A stretch of 64,000 nucleotides of DNA from positions 30,256,001 to 30,320,000 of the forward strand of contig CM022665.1 in NCBI GenBank assembly GCA_012295275.1. The letters are read 5' to 3'. The notes under the pieces are model-generated. The model was not told the origin of the DNA. It made no database searches and saw only the letters and a list, made by a program, of their open reading frames with translations. The position numbers and the translations under genes were made by a program. The stretch comes from Chrysomallon squamiferum. Its lineage: Eukaryota; Animalia; Mollusca. Below, piece after piece: positions 41,787 to 51,469 of the stretch (positions are counted from its first letter, which is position 1; each line of letters opens with the position of its first letter).

Positions 41787-44700
41787 TCACTCTCTGTATA
41801 ATAAATATGTGCTGAATTACAAAAGAGATATTTAAACAAATTTGTTCCCAAATCTGATATAATGGGCTGTGAAACTGAAGTAATGTAATAAATGTGTGCA
41901 TGTTAATATATTCCAAAGAATTATGAAATGTTTTAAAGAAAAATGTATCATTCTGATTACACATAAAAACCATCAGTGATAGAATTCAAACTTAATTATG
42001 AGAAAAATGATACAGAGGTGTGAAACTAACCCTGCAGGGTAGGCTATGGTACCCGAGTTGGTATCACATGCTAGTGCTGCTCCATTGTTGACAGTCAGTC
42101 CCAGTACCCTTTCAAGTGTCACCTGAAAACAAAAAGAGAAGTTTTTTAATTATGGCACTGAAGATTATAAACATATAAAATAATTAATAAAATCTACATA
42201 GGATTTGGTGATGCATACAGATAACTTAAATATTATTTGAATATCTATAAAGTTATTGTTTAATTGGTTTTAACATTCACTCTTTGCTAATTATAAAGTA
42301 TGACAACAAAATAAGACTGTGTGGATAAGGGAGGCAGATAATTTATTCTTTTATGATGTATGCCATTTTATACAAAAAAACCCAACAACAACCTGAAAAC
42401 AAACAAAATCTAAGGTAAAATAGTTTTAAGCTTTCTATTCCTCTATGAGGCTGTATCATATTGTTTTAATTTGTCTCAAATATTTTTTAAAAATATTTTG
42501 AATTCAATGTAACAAAATAATAAATATGAAAACTTAATTATAGATAGACAGATATAGAGAATCTTTCTAACAGGTATGCAATGGTTTTGTGGTGAAAAAT
42601 CACAGAACCAAATTATGAAATCATGTGCTTATCTGCAGTTTGAAAATGCACTGCCAGATGTGCCCATCTATCCACTAAAGCAATAGTGGAGCATTCTTAG
42701 AACTCTTGCTACAATTCTGTCAGCAGAACATCTGATACAAATTCCATCTCTGTTTTAGACAATGAAGAAGAAGAAAAAAATTCCTTCAAGGATTAAAGAT
42801 ATCCTCAATAACATTTACTATTTTTAAATAATGACCTTTATTTTTATTTAATTTTATTATTATTATTATTATTTTAATCTTCTTTTCATTTATTTATTTA
42901 TTTATTTTATTAAATGCTTTCTTTTCTCATCTCATTTTTTTAGGTACAATAAGCTACTCCATAGGCAAAGGATGTATTTATGAGCAGGTCAAACTGACCT
43001 AAACATGGTGCCACAAGTTCTAGATTTATGATGCATGGTCGCTGGTACTAGATCTGGTTTACTTTTGAATAAAGATTAATCATTAATGATAATAATAATG
43101 TCAAATAAAATGATATGAACAGTTGTGTGTTTTGATGTACGAGATAATTTGAATGTTTTATTAAGAAAAAACCCTGATTAAGTTTACTTAGAAATTACTC
43201 TTTGTTTATTTTCTATCATTTTTTTTTTTTTTTTAAATTCATTATTCATATTAAAGAAAACATATTTTGAGTTTAAAAATGTGGCACACATTTCTTCTCC
43301 AGAAATCAGCAAACTGTTTGACTGTTACTTGCCTGAAGCACCAATACAGCAAAGATCAGGAAGACTGTTTAACAGTAAACTAAGCATACATTAAACAAAA
43401 ACATATCTGTTTGAAGTAAGCCATCTGACTGAGTATATCAATGTCAAAATAAAAAAAAAGATTGAAAAAAAAAGTAGTAAAACTAATATAATGAACCGTA
43501 TTTGCTTAACAAACAGTTGGCTACATGGTTAAATTCTGTAATCAGCAGTGGTAAGTGCACAACAGGTAGACAGGGCGTAATCACAATTGACAACTATGTA
43601 CATAATGTCAATGTACACAGAGGGAAAGAGAGAAAAGCACAGCCTGAAGAGCTTGTACATTTTATTCATTAGAAAGAGAATACTGGCATACTGCTCTTTG
43701 AACCAAGCATATTATCTCATTTAAGCCAGTTTATGAGAGATCAAATTTCTAACCTTGATCATCAGTTGATCCAGACAACCTCTAGACTGTCATAAAATTG
43801 TCAGTTTAAAGAAATGAGGACCAGAAGAATTAAGATTTATCTGAATGTTATGTATAGTCAATTAATCTAATTCACAGAATCAGTGTATGTAGAAACTGCT
43901 ATCTGATCTTTGAAATCATGTTTTTCTTGCAACTGAAATAAAATGCAATGGCTTTCACAAAGTAACACTTGAAAATAAAAAAATTAAAATTAAAATGAAT
44001 GAGAATGTCTGTTTACAGTTAAGCAAGCAAAGACAAAGATAATTTTATTTAGTGAAAATGGAAGATAGTTTCAAAATGTACTTTTATCTCCCTTTTATTT
44101 TTTTTTTTTATTCATTAATTTTTTTGTTGTTTTTTGTTTGTTGATAATTTCACAATTTACATTTAGTAAAGGAAAGATTAGAGTCAAGTTTTTCTTATAA
44201 TTCTGAGAAAATATAATGACTTTCAAAACTTAACTCGGTTAAGTGTGTAAAAATAAAACAGAACTTTTTTCTTTTCTTTTAAGATCAGGAATAACGATAG
44301 CAAAAGAAAAACCCAAAGGATTGAGTAATGATATTTCAAGACAACTGCTGCTGTTACACCACCTCAAGGTGAAACAGAAGTTAGCTAAAATTGGGTTGTG
44401 AAAACGATCTTACTGATTTGCTATTTTTTCTACCTTATGCCCTGAACTGAGCTTACAAAAAAACAAACAAAAAATAAATCACAGGCGTTGTCTTAATCCA
44501 AACACAAAAATAGTCAAAATCATTTTTTTTTTTTTTAAATCTTTTTTCACTTATGATGAGCATGCCAAAAACAAAAAAGCAGGAGAGAAAACAAAATATA
44601 CATACATACATAATTAAAAAGTTATTTTTGGATGTAGTAAAACATCAAATAAATGAAAAGTGCTTGCTATTTAAAAATATTTTATATTATTTATTTAATA

Positions 44701-47700
44701 AAAGAAAAAAGTTGAGCTAAAACATTTCCAAATATTTTATCTGGAATCTATGGCTAACAATTCATTAAGTCATTTTCAAGTTATTATTTTTGAAAGGGAG
44801 ATTTAAAAAATAATGTTTTTATTTTGTTGAAGTGTTGTTTTCATGATATATTTCCTATAGTGTCATACAAAATCAATTATTAAATACAAATATATATGAA
44901 ATGATGTTATCCATGTTGTTATTTTCTGAAAGATACTGTTATCTGTTATGTCTTTATGAGTAACACCTAATTTAACTTAAGTATATACAATAATATAAAT
45001 ATTATATTTGAAACAAATATTCTTTAACTCTTTCATTGGCAACGTATACTAAATCAAACATTACACAGATATTCCAGTGCAAACATAACTGATACTTACT
45101 TGTCCACATAATTTAAATTCAAATTGTACTAGAATATAAAAATTAATTTTCTGTTTGTGAGATACAATGTATAAAAATTAAGTCAAGTCAATGCTGACAA
45201 TACAATATTTGTCCAAAAATATAATCATCTTATAGCACAGATAAATGTACACAATATTTATGTGTGTGCACTTGAGTAACTTTAAGTGAGTAAGCATATG
45301 CAATAAATTAACAGAAGTGATGCTAAATCAATAATATTATGACTATGGAGCTTGCTGTTGTGTAACTGAAATGTGCAAGTAATCTAAGAAGTAGACTGCT
45401 TTCCTTAAATTGGCAAGTAAGACAAACGAAAGATTATGTTTCACAAGCATTTGTTACCAATCACCTTGGGAAGCTGCTGTAGGTACATATACCTTTAACT
45501 TGCATACCTTTGTGAAAGCTCTCTCATATTCATATGCTGCATATTCTGGTTATGTATATATTTAATTAAATTTGTTTCTCGTGCAGGTAAAAGACATGAA
45601 TCAAAATATCAAAATACAAAAACAAAAAAAAACCCAAAAATTGTAGTATATAATTATCTTTTTTTTTCTTCTTTCTTTTTGCTATTTTCTCTTTTTGTAA
45701 CTGATAAATAAAGCTTAAAAAAAAAAAAAATAATAAAAGATTTAAAAATAAAATACTAAATGTAAGTAAATATCACTAAATACAATGCATAAATAATTAC
45801 TTTTTATGGACTTTAAAAGTAGTCCAACAGAATAAACTTTAAAAAAAAAAAAAAAAAAAAAATGTAAAGAAAAGAAAATTTGAAATTTTAAAGTGAAATT
45901 AGTTTGATACAAGACATTATTGTTTGTTTAAATCTTGTAAGTCGTACATACAAGGTTTATGGTTATACACTTTTAATGTTTTGGGTTTTTTTTTTTGTTG
46001 TTAAATAGATACTGCTCCAGATACACACAACAGATAATGAGGAAAACTAAAATAAGGAGTACTGATTTGATCAGAAATGTCAAGGCAAAATATATGAGCC
46101 CATAAAACATTTCAAGGATATCTTCTTACCTATGTGACAATTACCAACACATCCCTTAACCACAGTACCAGTCTTTACCTTACCACAATATAATTACTTT
46201 CAAAAAAACAAAAACAAAAGTTAAAATTGAACCAAAAGTATATAATGCATGGTCCTGGACATACATTCAGTGCCACATTAGTTTTTAACCCCCCAAAACA
46301 TATGTTAATTAAATAAATAAATAATAAAAGTATTATTATTATTAATATAATAAAAATAATTTGACTTTAGAGGAAAGGGAATCTGAAAATAATGATTTGC
46401 TAGCAATAATTAACTTCACAAAGACCAAGAAAGTATTATATAATTTATTACAAATATAATGAAGTATATGTAAAATAAAATATTTGTCAAAATTAAAATA
46501 TATCTTGGAGAGCCATCATCATTAAGTACAGATAATGTGACAAACCAGACAGTAAACAAATTATTAAATATAATCACAGCATACACAGCTGTTACCTAAT
46601 TAAAATGAATCCAAGCTATTTCTGTTTTACAAAGTGTGTAAGTGTGTGTGTACGTAGCAGTCAAATGTAAATATATAAAACAGTTTAAAGGTATATATTA
46701 ATGTAAATACTGAACTTGTGTTAGCTTATTGTAATTGGCAAACAGAAAACAAAATAAAATCACACTGAACATTGTAGCAGCACCCAGGTGATTCCCATTA
46801 ACCCATGCAACAATTCACACAAACTTTTACAACTGTCATCCAGGTCAACTTTCTGGTTTCAGGCCATGTAAAGTGACTGATTAGTTCAATACGAACGTCA
46901 ACATTTTGTACAATCAGTGTTATCATTTTCCTTTACGTGTAACACTAGGTCACTTTTATTCTGAGCCCTGTCTACACCCCACTTAATATGTTAACAATAC
47001 CTGGATTATGGTTTTAAGTATGTAATACACCATACACCACATTCTGTCCAAGTTATGTGTATGTATATAGGACAGGTTGAAAAGGTTCCATAATGTTTAC
47101 TTTACCAAGTGTGGCCTTCAGTATTGTGACATATATACTGCATTAATTAAAAACAGAGATAGTCATTTAAAGCCATATTGCTTTACACTATATTAAATAT
47201 ATTAAGAAAAAGCTAGTGACTTATAGATTAGTACTTACTTAACTTTTTATATATATTTTTATTAATATCATTTAAGCAAACTTTTTGATTTTTAACCTAA
47301 ATTTTTCTTCAATTTAGAAAATTAAAAGAAAAAAATTAATTAAAATAGTAAATCATTAATAATAATAATAAATAAATAAATAAATTTAAAAAAAAAAGAA
47401 AAAAAAAAAGAGAAAAAAGAAATGAAGAATAAAAATAATAACTCATTAAAAATCTCTTCTGTTTATGACGAGAATGTTTCTACAGTTTAAGCTAAACAAC
47501 ATTTATTTTAACTACTTTGATAAGCCTTACATGAACATAAATTTACATCACTGTGACACTGCAATATATTAGCCATGACAGTAACAAGTTATATGCAATG
47601 TTTTTTTTGTTTTTTTTTCGTATTAAATAGCTGATATAAATGTAAGATATACTAATAAGAGTATTAGTAACACATTATACTAGCTGACATCTCATTATAA

Positions 47701-48208
47701 ATGCATTGCAATGTGTGTTTATGAAATGCTAAATACACACGCACATATATACAAACACATCCAAGTATGACAAATTACTTTTAAATGACACAAACTGTTT
47801 TTACCATATTATTTACTGGCACATCTAAAGCAGTCAAAAAAATGTGCACTAATGAAGCAACAGAACAAATGATGTAATTCCATGATTTCAGCCCTTCTCT
47901 AGCATTCCATCCAATTAGCAGCAAAATGCTCGTGTAAAAAAACTAAAATATACAGCATTTACAAATAAGTACACTAACGAGCTGTAGAAAAAACAGATAC
48001 TTAAGACAAGTATGTCAGAAATATTTTAAAAACCCAAACCTAACTTTTGGAAGCAATCATTATAAATCAAAATGTTTTTCCTTCTCCTTCATCTTCGTCA
48101 CAAGAAAGATAATTCATTGTACATAATTAGTTCATGAAAGAAAGCTGTCTCTTAAATAAAAAAATTATTTACATCATTTTCAGCTACTTGTATATATTAA
48201 TAACATTA

Positions 48209-48241
<33 letters not shown>

Positions 48242-49115
48242 CCTTTTCAAACATATTTCTGGGGAGGAAGCTTATAATATTTGAAACACTTTCTGCCATG
48301 TAATACACTTTAAATTTCAGTTTTAAAAGTAAAGTATAAATTATCTCAAGTTATAATATATGCTAGTCACAATGTATACAATACACATTTTGAATGTATT
48401 TGGTTTGTTCTTAATATCATTATCTATTAATCTTCAGACAAAAAAAGCAAATTGCTACATGTGCATATTTTAACACTTAATTAATCCAGTAATTTGAATT
48501 TTTAATATTTCTAATTGTTTTATCAAGTAACCATAAATTCCATAATAAAGTTAATACTTTTTCTCTCATTTTTATTCATTTGTTGTTTTTCTTTATTTTT
48601 TAAAATATATATATAAAAAAAAAACAGCATAACTTACTATTTATTTATTTATTTGTTATTTTTAATTATTTTGTTTATTTATTAATATTATTATTATTAT
48701 TAATTTTTTTTATTATTATTTTGACCGACAGTCTGGATCTAAACTGCTGACATTTGCTTTGATGGCTTTATCTAATTTTGGTCACTACGTATAAAAAAAA
48801 AATTAAAAAAAAAAAAAAAAATTAAAAAACATGTAAAATTTAAACTGCCAATAACAGTTGAAGTAACTGACCATTGGTGTATTTATTTAGAACGCTGACA
48901 CCCCTCTTCCTGTTACTAAAAAAATTCCCTAATAGTAAACACATAGGTCAGACGTGCTAAATGAATGAGTGACTATCTTTAATCTAATCAATGTAAATGA
49001 CAAACACCAAAATACGACATCGTGATCGTCGACTTACTCTCTGGTTTACCGGTTGGACTTTGCTTTTCCTCTTAACGGATGGAGAGCGTAGAATCCTTCT
49101 CTGAGGCTTATCCAT
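120..49115 (-). CDS. MAPKBP1: MAPKBP1/WDR62-family WD40 scaffold protein, whole gene span (36 coding exons, 1965 aa)
   Basis: Spliced translation begins [81 protein letters not shown], collinear with vertebrate MAPKBP1/WDR62 as I recall them. WD40 region spans exons 2-18, followed by a disordered middle and a helical C-terminus. All 35 introns are GT-AG with matching phases; exon lengths sum to 5898 nt. Probably the single invertebrate co-ortholog of MAPKBP1 and WDR62. Confidence 0.95.
825..901 (-). CDS. MAPKBP1: exon 35 ([25 protein letters not shown])
   Basis: tttcag/gtacaa, 77 nt, phase 1>0; start of C-terminal helical region. Confidence 0.87.
1308..1383. repeat. (AAT)n microsatellite
   Basis: direct reading. 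Confidence 0.95.
1411..1481 (-). CDS. MAPKBP1: exon 34 ([23 protein letters not shown])
   Basis: tttcag/gttaga, 71 nt, phase 2>1. Confidence 0.82.
1737..2451 (-). CDS. MAPKBP1: exon 33, 715-nt Ser/acidic disordered region
   Basis: tttcag/gtataa, phase 1>2; same frame as ORF 1712..2380. Confidence 0.88.
2700..3608 (-). CDS. MAPKBP1: exon 32, 909-nt Ser/Lys-rich disordered region with [16 protein letters not shown]
   Basis: ctgcag/gtaagt, phase 1>1; lies within ORF 2692..3636. Confidence 0.9.
5193..5420 (-). CDS. MAPKBP1: exon 31, probable cassette exon ([21 protein letters not shown]...LSPRR)
   Basis: tgccag/gtaact, 228 nt, phase 1>1, open frame, GC- and CpG-rich. Confidence 0.72.
5523..5600. 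repeat. (ATT)n microsatellite plus poly-T
   Basis: direct reading. Confidence 0.9.
6372..6429 (-). CDS. MAPKBP1: exon 30 ([19 protein letters not shown])
   Basis: tttcag/gtaagt, 58 nt, phase 0>1. Confidence 0.82.
6646..6723 (-). CDS. MAPKBP1: exon 29 ([26 protein letters not shown])
   Basis: ttacag/gtatgt, 78 nt, phase 0>0. Confidence 0.82.
7131..7461. repeat. 68-bp minisatellite, ~4.8 copies
   Basis: Unit CATTATCAGAAATTCATTACATCTAACATATAGCAATGTTTGCATGATAAACAGTGATAACTAAACTA starts at 7193, 7261, 7329, 7397, with a diverged copy from ~7131. Confidence 0.95.
7933..8010. repeat. (CA)n microsatellite with degenerate tail
   Basis: direct reading. Confidence 0.9.
8214..8279 (-). CDS. MAPKBP1: exon 28 ([22 protein letters not shown])
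   Basis: ttgcag/gtgagt, 66 nt, phase 0>0, helical peptide. Confidence 0.82.
9743..9820. repeat. Short degenerate tandem repeat (GTCTACT..TCAC.GCT x3)
   Basis: gtctactcaatcacagct, gtctactgaatcactgct, gtctactcagtcactgct. Confidence 0.7.
10125..10167 (-). CDS. MAPKBP1: exon 27, 43-nt mini-exon ([14 protein letters not shown])
   Basis: tttacag/gtgagt; required to convert phase 2 to phase 0. Confidence 0.8.
10636..10811 (-). CDS. MAPKBP1: exon 26 ([11 protein letters not shown]...[13 protein letters not shown])
   Basis: tttaag/gtagta, 176 nt; SISSRFL motif conserved in MAPKBP1/WDR62. Confidence 0.9.
11180..11304 (-). CDS. MAPKBP1: exon 25 ([14 protein letters not shown]...SRTPDK)
   Basis: ttatag/gtattt, 125 nt, phase 1>0; TPD followed by EKF matches family TPxxEKF motif. 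Confidence 0.88.
11478..11569 (-). CDS. MAPKBP1: exon 24 ([12 protein letters not shown]...)
   Basis: ttccag/gtaagt, 92 nt, phase 2>1. Confidence 0.85.
11903..12090 (-). CDS. MAPKBP1: exon 23 (VPGRTSPAA...RRLSVED...EVIYYPPSE)
   Basis: AAG acceptor/gtgagc, 188 nt, phase 0>2. Confidence 0.85.
13212..13316 (-). CDS. MAPKBP1: exon 22 (acidic; [25 protein letters not shown]...)
   Basis: ttacag/gtaaga, 105 nt, phase 0>0. Confidence 0.85.
13527..13627 (-). CDS. MAPKBP1: exon 21 ([33 protein letters not shown])
   Basis: ctccag/gtaaac, 101 nt, phase 1>0, open frame. Confidence 0.85.
20999..21134 (-). CDS. MAPKBP1: exon 20 (IGDGSTDSS...[11 protein letters not shown]...)
   Basis: tgtcag/gtagga, 136 nt, phase 0>1; QPRGRWA family motif. 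Confidence 0.92.
21514..21724 (-). CDS. MAPKBP1: exon 19 ([10 protein letters not shown]...[15 protein letters not shown]); alternative in-frame acceptor giving start 21718
   Basis: Two AG acceptors 6 nt apart; gtaatc donor; LP.WAK motif of the family. Confidence 0.9.
22116..22223 (-). CDS. MAPKBP1: exon 18 ([23 protein letters not shown]...)
   Basis: taacag/gtaata, 108 nt; end of last WD repeat and following helix. Confidence 0.95.
22711..22962 (-). CDS. MAPKBP1: exon 17 ([16 protein letters not shown]...HSESITG...ISVSADG)
   Basis: taacag/gtaagt, 252 nt, phase 2>2; WD40. Confidence 0.96.
23161..23279 (-). CDS. MAPKBP1: exon 16 ([39 protein letters not shown])
   Basis: tattag/gtgtgc, 119 nt; KTTLYDM signature. 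Confidence 0.95.
23620..23816 (-). CDS. MAPKBP1: exon 15 ([17 protein letters not shown]...[16 protein letters not shown])
   Basis: atttag/gtaaat, 197 nt; [12 protein letters not shown] signature. Confidence 0.96.
24168..24259 (-). CDS. MAPKBP1: exon 14 ([30 protein letters not shown])
   Basis: AAG acceptor/gtaaat, 92 nt, phase 2>1; EAH..VLCLEYS signature. Confidence 0.93.
24580..24694 (-). CDS. MAPKBP1: exon 13 (GATDK...[23 protein letters not shown])
   Basis: atttag/gtatgt, 115 nt, phase 1>2. Confidence 0.94.
25016..25082 (-). CDS. MAPKBP1: exon 12 ([22 protein letters not shown])
   Basis: ctgcag/gtaaag, 67 nt, phase 0>1. Confidence 0.92.
25443..25592 (-). CDS. MAPKBP1: exon 11 (KYPAP...[17 protein letters not shown]...RNIYSS)
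   Basis: ctacag/gttagt, 150 nt; WD40. Confidence 0.95.
25893..26006 (-). CDS. MAPKBP1: exon 10 ([38 protein letters not shown])
   Basis: tttcag/gtaaat, 114 nt; [10 protein letters not shown] signature. Confidence 0.95.
26212..26287 (-). CDS. MAPKBP1: exon 9 ([25 protein letters not shown])
   Basis: tttcag/gtaatt, 76 nt, phase 2>0. Confidence 0.92.
26515..26675 (-). CDS. MAPKBP1: exon 8 ([27 protein letters not shown]...[12 protein letters not shown])
   Basis: ttacag/gtaagt, 161 nt, phase 0>2. Confidence 0.95.
27128..27310 (-). CDS. MAPKBP1: exon 7 ([20 protein letters not shown]...[10 protein letters not shown])
   Basis: ttgcag/gttagt, 183 nt; family signature LLDKWVELR. Confidence 0.95.
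27932..28027 (-). CDS. MAPKBP1: exon 6 ([32 protein letters not shown])
   Basis: ttgtag/gttatt, 96 nt; WD40. Confidence 0.95.
28384..28500 (-). CDS. MAPKBP1: exon 5 ([39 protein letters not shown])
   Basis: tttcag/gttggt, 117 nt; WD40. Confidence 0.95.
28733..28825 (-). CDS. MAPKBP1: exon 4 ([31 protein letters not shown])
   Basis: tgtag/gtatga, 93 nt; WD40. Confidence 0.95.
30991..31111 (-). CDS. MAPKBP1: exon 3 ([40 protein letters not shown])
   Basis: tttcag/gtgaat, 121 nt, phase 2>0; WD40. Confidence 0.95.
38036..38108. repeat. 41-bp tandem duplication (~1.8 copies)
   Basis: GTAAGGATAT(G/A)GGAGTATTTATTCAC(A/T)GGAATA at 38036 and 38077. Confidence 0.85.
39999..40070 (+). mobile_element. 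Left terminus of a hAT-Charlie-like DNA transposon/MITE (solo end)
   Basis: CAGTGTTTCTCAACCTTTTT resembles Charlie-type TIRs, followed by aaccc subterminal motifs; no matching right TIR seen. Confidence 0.45.
40625..40671. repeat. compound (TG)n(TA)n microsatellite
   Basis: direct reading. Confidence 0.9.
41753..41784. repeat. (AC)n microsatellite
   Basis: direct reading. Confidence 0.9.
42031..42122 (-). CDS. MAPKBP1: exon 2 ([31 protein letters not shown])
   Basis: ttttcag/gttagt, 92 nt, phase 0>2; strong family match. Confidence 0.95.
49038..49115 (-). CDS. MAPKBP1: MAPKBP1/WDR62 exon 1 ([26 protein letters not shown])
   Basis: ATG at 49115, GTAAGT donor, phase 0; LRSPSVK resembles MAPKBP1 N-terminal LRSPSIK; lies in CpG-rich promoter zone. 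Confidence 0.88.
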
Positions 49116-50366
49116 GACTTACAGACGACAACACCAAACACATGTTGGAGAAACTTCCCGTGCTGAACTCTAGATATACACACATTTACACATTTAAACT
49201 TTCGCGAGACGTCCCATTTTGGAATCAAAACGATATGTACCAAATGTAACGCTTTCCTTGATTGGCCCGATCATCCGCCTCGCTTGTTTCAAGGATAAGC
49301 ACGTTATTCAAATAAATTTAAGAAATCTCCATGCAAATGTTGTAATATTAATAGTTTAAGTATGTTGACCAATATTTTAACTTATGCAGTTTAAATCGCT
49401 TTATTTCCGAATTGATATTTTTAGAGAAATCGCCACCTGCGACGGAAACTTTAAGCCAATGAAATTCATCGACAAACGTCTGGCTCAAAGCCAAAGCAGG
49501 TGAGGGAGTTTTCCCCATAAGCACGTATTAACCCTTTAAAACCAGGAATTTCTCGATTGCTGTCCGCTAATTTTGTAACTGTAAAATGCGACCTGCAGTG
49601 TGCTGTGATGACAAATTATTTCTCTGGGGAAAACGGAATAAAGAAACGTTTTATTCAACAATATATTCAGCATGTATATTATTAATATGTTGTTATAATT
49701 ATTATATTGTGTCATAGGTATTATTTTGCAAATAATGAAAGCTATAATTCGGGTCCGCTAGACAGTACAAGGGCATTCGTTAAAATGGTTCAAATCCTTA
49801 TCTGTCTTGAATTTTGGCAAGCTGTCATTATTTAATTTGTATTATTATTATTATTAAAGAAAATATGTTTGCCCTAAGTTCAAACTTTTTTCTACAGAAC
49901 ATAGCACAAAACAATAATAACAACAATAATGATGACGATGTATCCATATCGTTTTCATTATTTGATAAGAATTATAAACTAAATATATATATAAGCTTCC
50001 TTCCCTCTTTAGAAAATTATAAATTATACTTATGTTTCGTAGTCGTTTTGAGTATATGAATAAGAGTATTGCTATACAGTTAAGTCCAGTAATATTATTT
50101 TTAGAATTTCCCATCATAAGTTTTAAAAAATCCATTCTTGCATTATTTTCAATTTATATTTAATTAACTTTTGTTAATTTGTTGTCTGCATGATGCCGCT
50201 GAATTCTAGTCAACTTTTGACTATTAATTATTAAAGCACTCAAACGCGTCACTTTTATCCATAGTTTCCTATGTTATTAGGCCTACTTTCTCTGTTTAGA
50301 AATCCAGAATAATTACACTGAAAATAGTATTTAAAATGTTCAACTACTAATAATCTTTCCCTCTTT

Positions 50367-50407
<41 letters not shown>

Positions 50408-50597
50408 TAAATTAATTCGTAGTAGTAACTATTTTCACTTTTCATATTCGTTAAAATAATTATGGTGCGACAGAAATTAAACACTGCAACAAGTGTGAAT
50501 ATTTCTCAACTGAAACAAGGGGAGTCACTCTAACAAGATAAAAGATGTCTGATAATATTAGATAAAGTGTATAACGATACATTAACGTCTTTTCAAA
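49116..50597. promoter_or_regulatory. Divergent promoter region between MAPKBP1/WDR62 and EAPP
   Basis: 1482 bp between the two ATGs; CpG-rich against depleted flanks; CCAAT boxes at 49261-49265 (-) and 49456-49460 (+); CDE/CHR-like element at 49193-49209 (-). Confidence 0.75.
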
Positions 50598-50671
50598 ATG
50601 ACATTTGTCAGTAGATCTGATTATGATTTCCTAGATCTGGGTGGCGATAGTGATGACAACCGCGCTGAAAG
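50598..50671 (+). CDS. EAPP: EAPP exon 1 (MTFVSRSDYDFLDLGGDSDDNRAE)
   Basis: caaaATG context, AG/gtctgt donor, phase 2 fits exon 2. Confidence 0.78.
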
Positions 50672-51438
50672 GTCTGTTTAATCCATCAGAAATGACTGAT
50701 ATAGATGATGATGCCACGTCTACCTGTTTTCGAAAATGTCTTAATGTCGTCACAAAGTTTCATGCATATCGAATGCCACAGTTTGTAACTTAATAAGGTG
50801 TAAAGGCAAATAATAATAAATAAATATTTTGGTTAAAATGCTTAACTTAATATATTTAAAAGTATATACATTATAGTTAAGTAATCTTAAATTCTTTAGC
50901 GATATAATTGTTGATGTATATTAAATGTTGAAGGATGTGTTTTTCGGATTGAATGCTGTCCACGAGTTCTTTTACGGAGAGAGGGTGGGATGGTGTTATT
51001 TAAAAGTGAATATTTTTTGTGTACAATTTCAGTTCTGATGATGAAATTGAGATTATTCTTCATGGCACACCTAAACAACGGCGTCGACTACGCCGCCTTT
51101 CAGAAGGACGTAAAGATTCATCAAGTGAAGATGAATTTGAGAAAGAAATGGAGTGTGAGCTACAGAAAACAGTTGATGATTTGGAAGCCAAAAGAGAACG
51201 TTAGCAAATAGATAATACATTATCATCTTGATTGTTAACAGATAAATATTTTATTAGTTTTTAAAAGTTGTATTAAAAATATAGAAATACGATTATATGT
51301 GAAATATTTGATAGAAAACTAGAACATAATATATATATATATTTGTTTTGTTTTGTTTATTTGATATATTTTTGTTTTCTGTTGTTGCAGTTTTTGTGTC
51401 TAATGTGTTCAAAAGTATCTTTCAGTGGAAGCCAGTGT

Positions 51439-51469
<31 letters not shown>

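Noticed and set aside
49046-49243. 65-aa minus-strand ORF as the gene start
   Set aside because: Different frame from the ATG-49115 exon that matches the family and splices in phase
49528-49793. Possible piggyBac-like MITE (TTAACCCTTTAA ... TTAAAATGGTTCAA) in the promoter region
   Set aside because: Right end too degenerate to support without a repeat library
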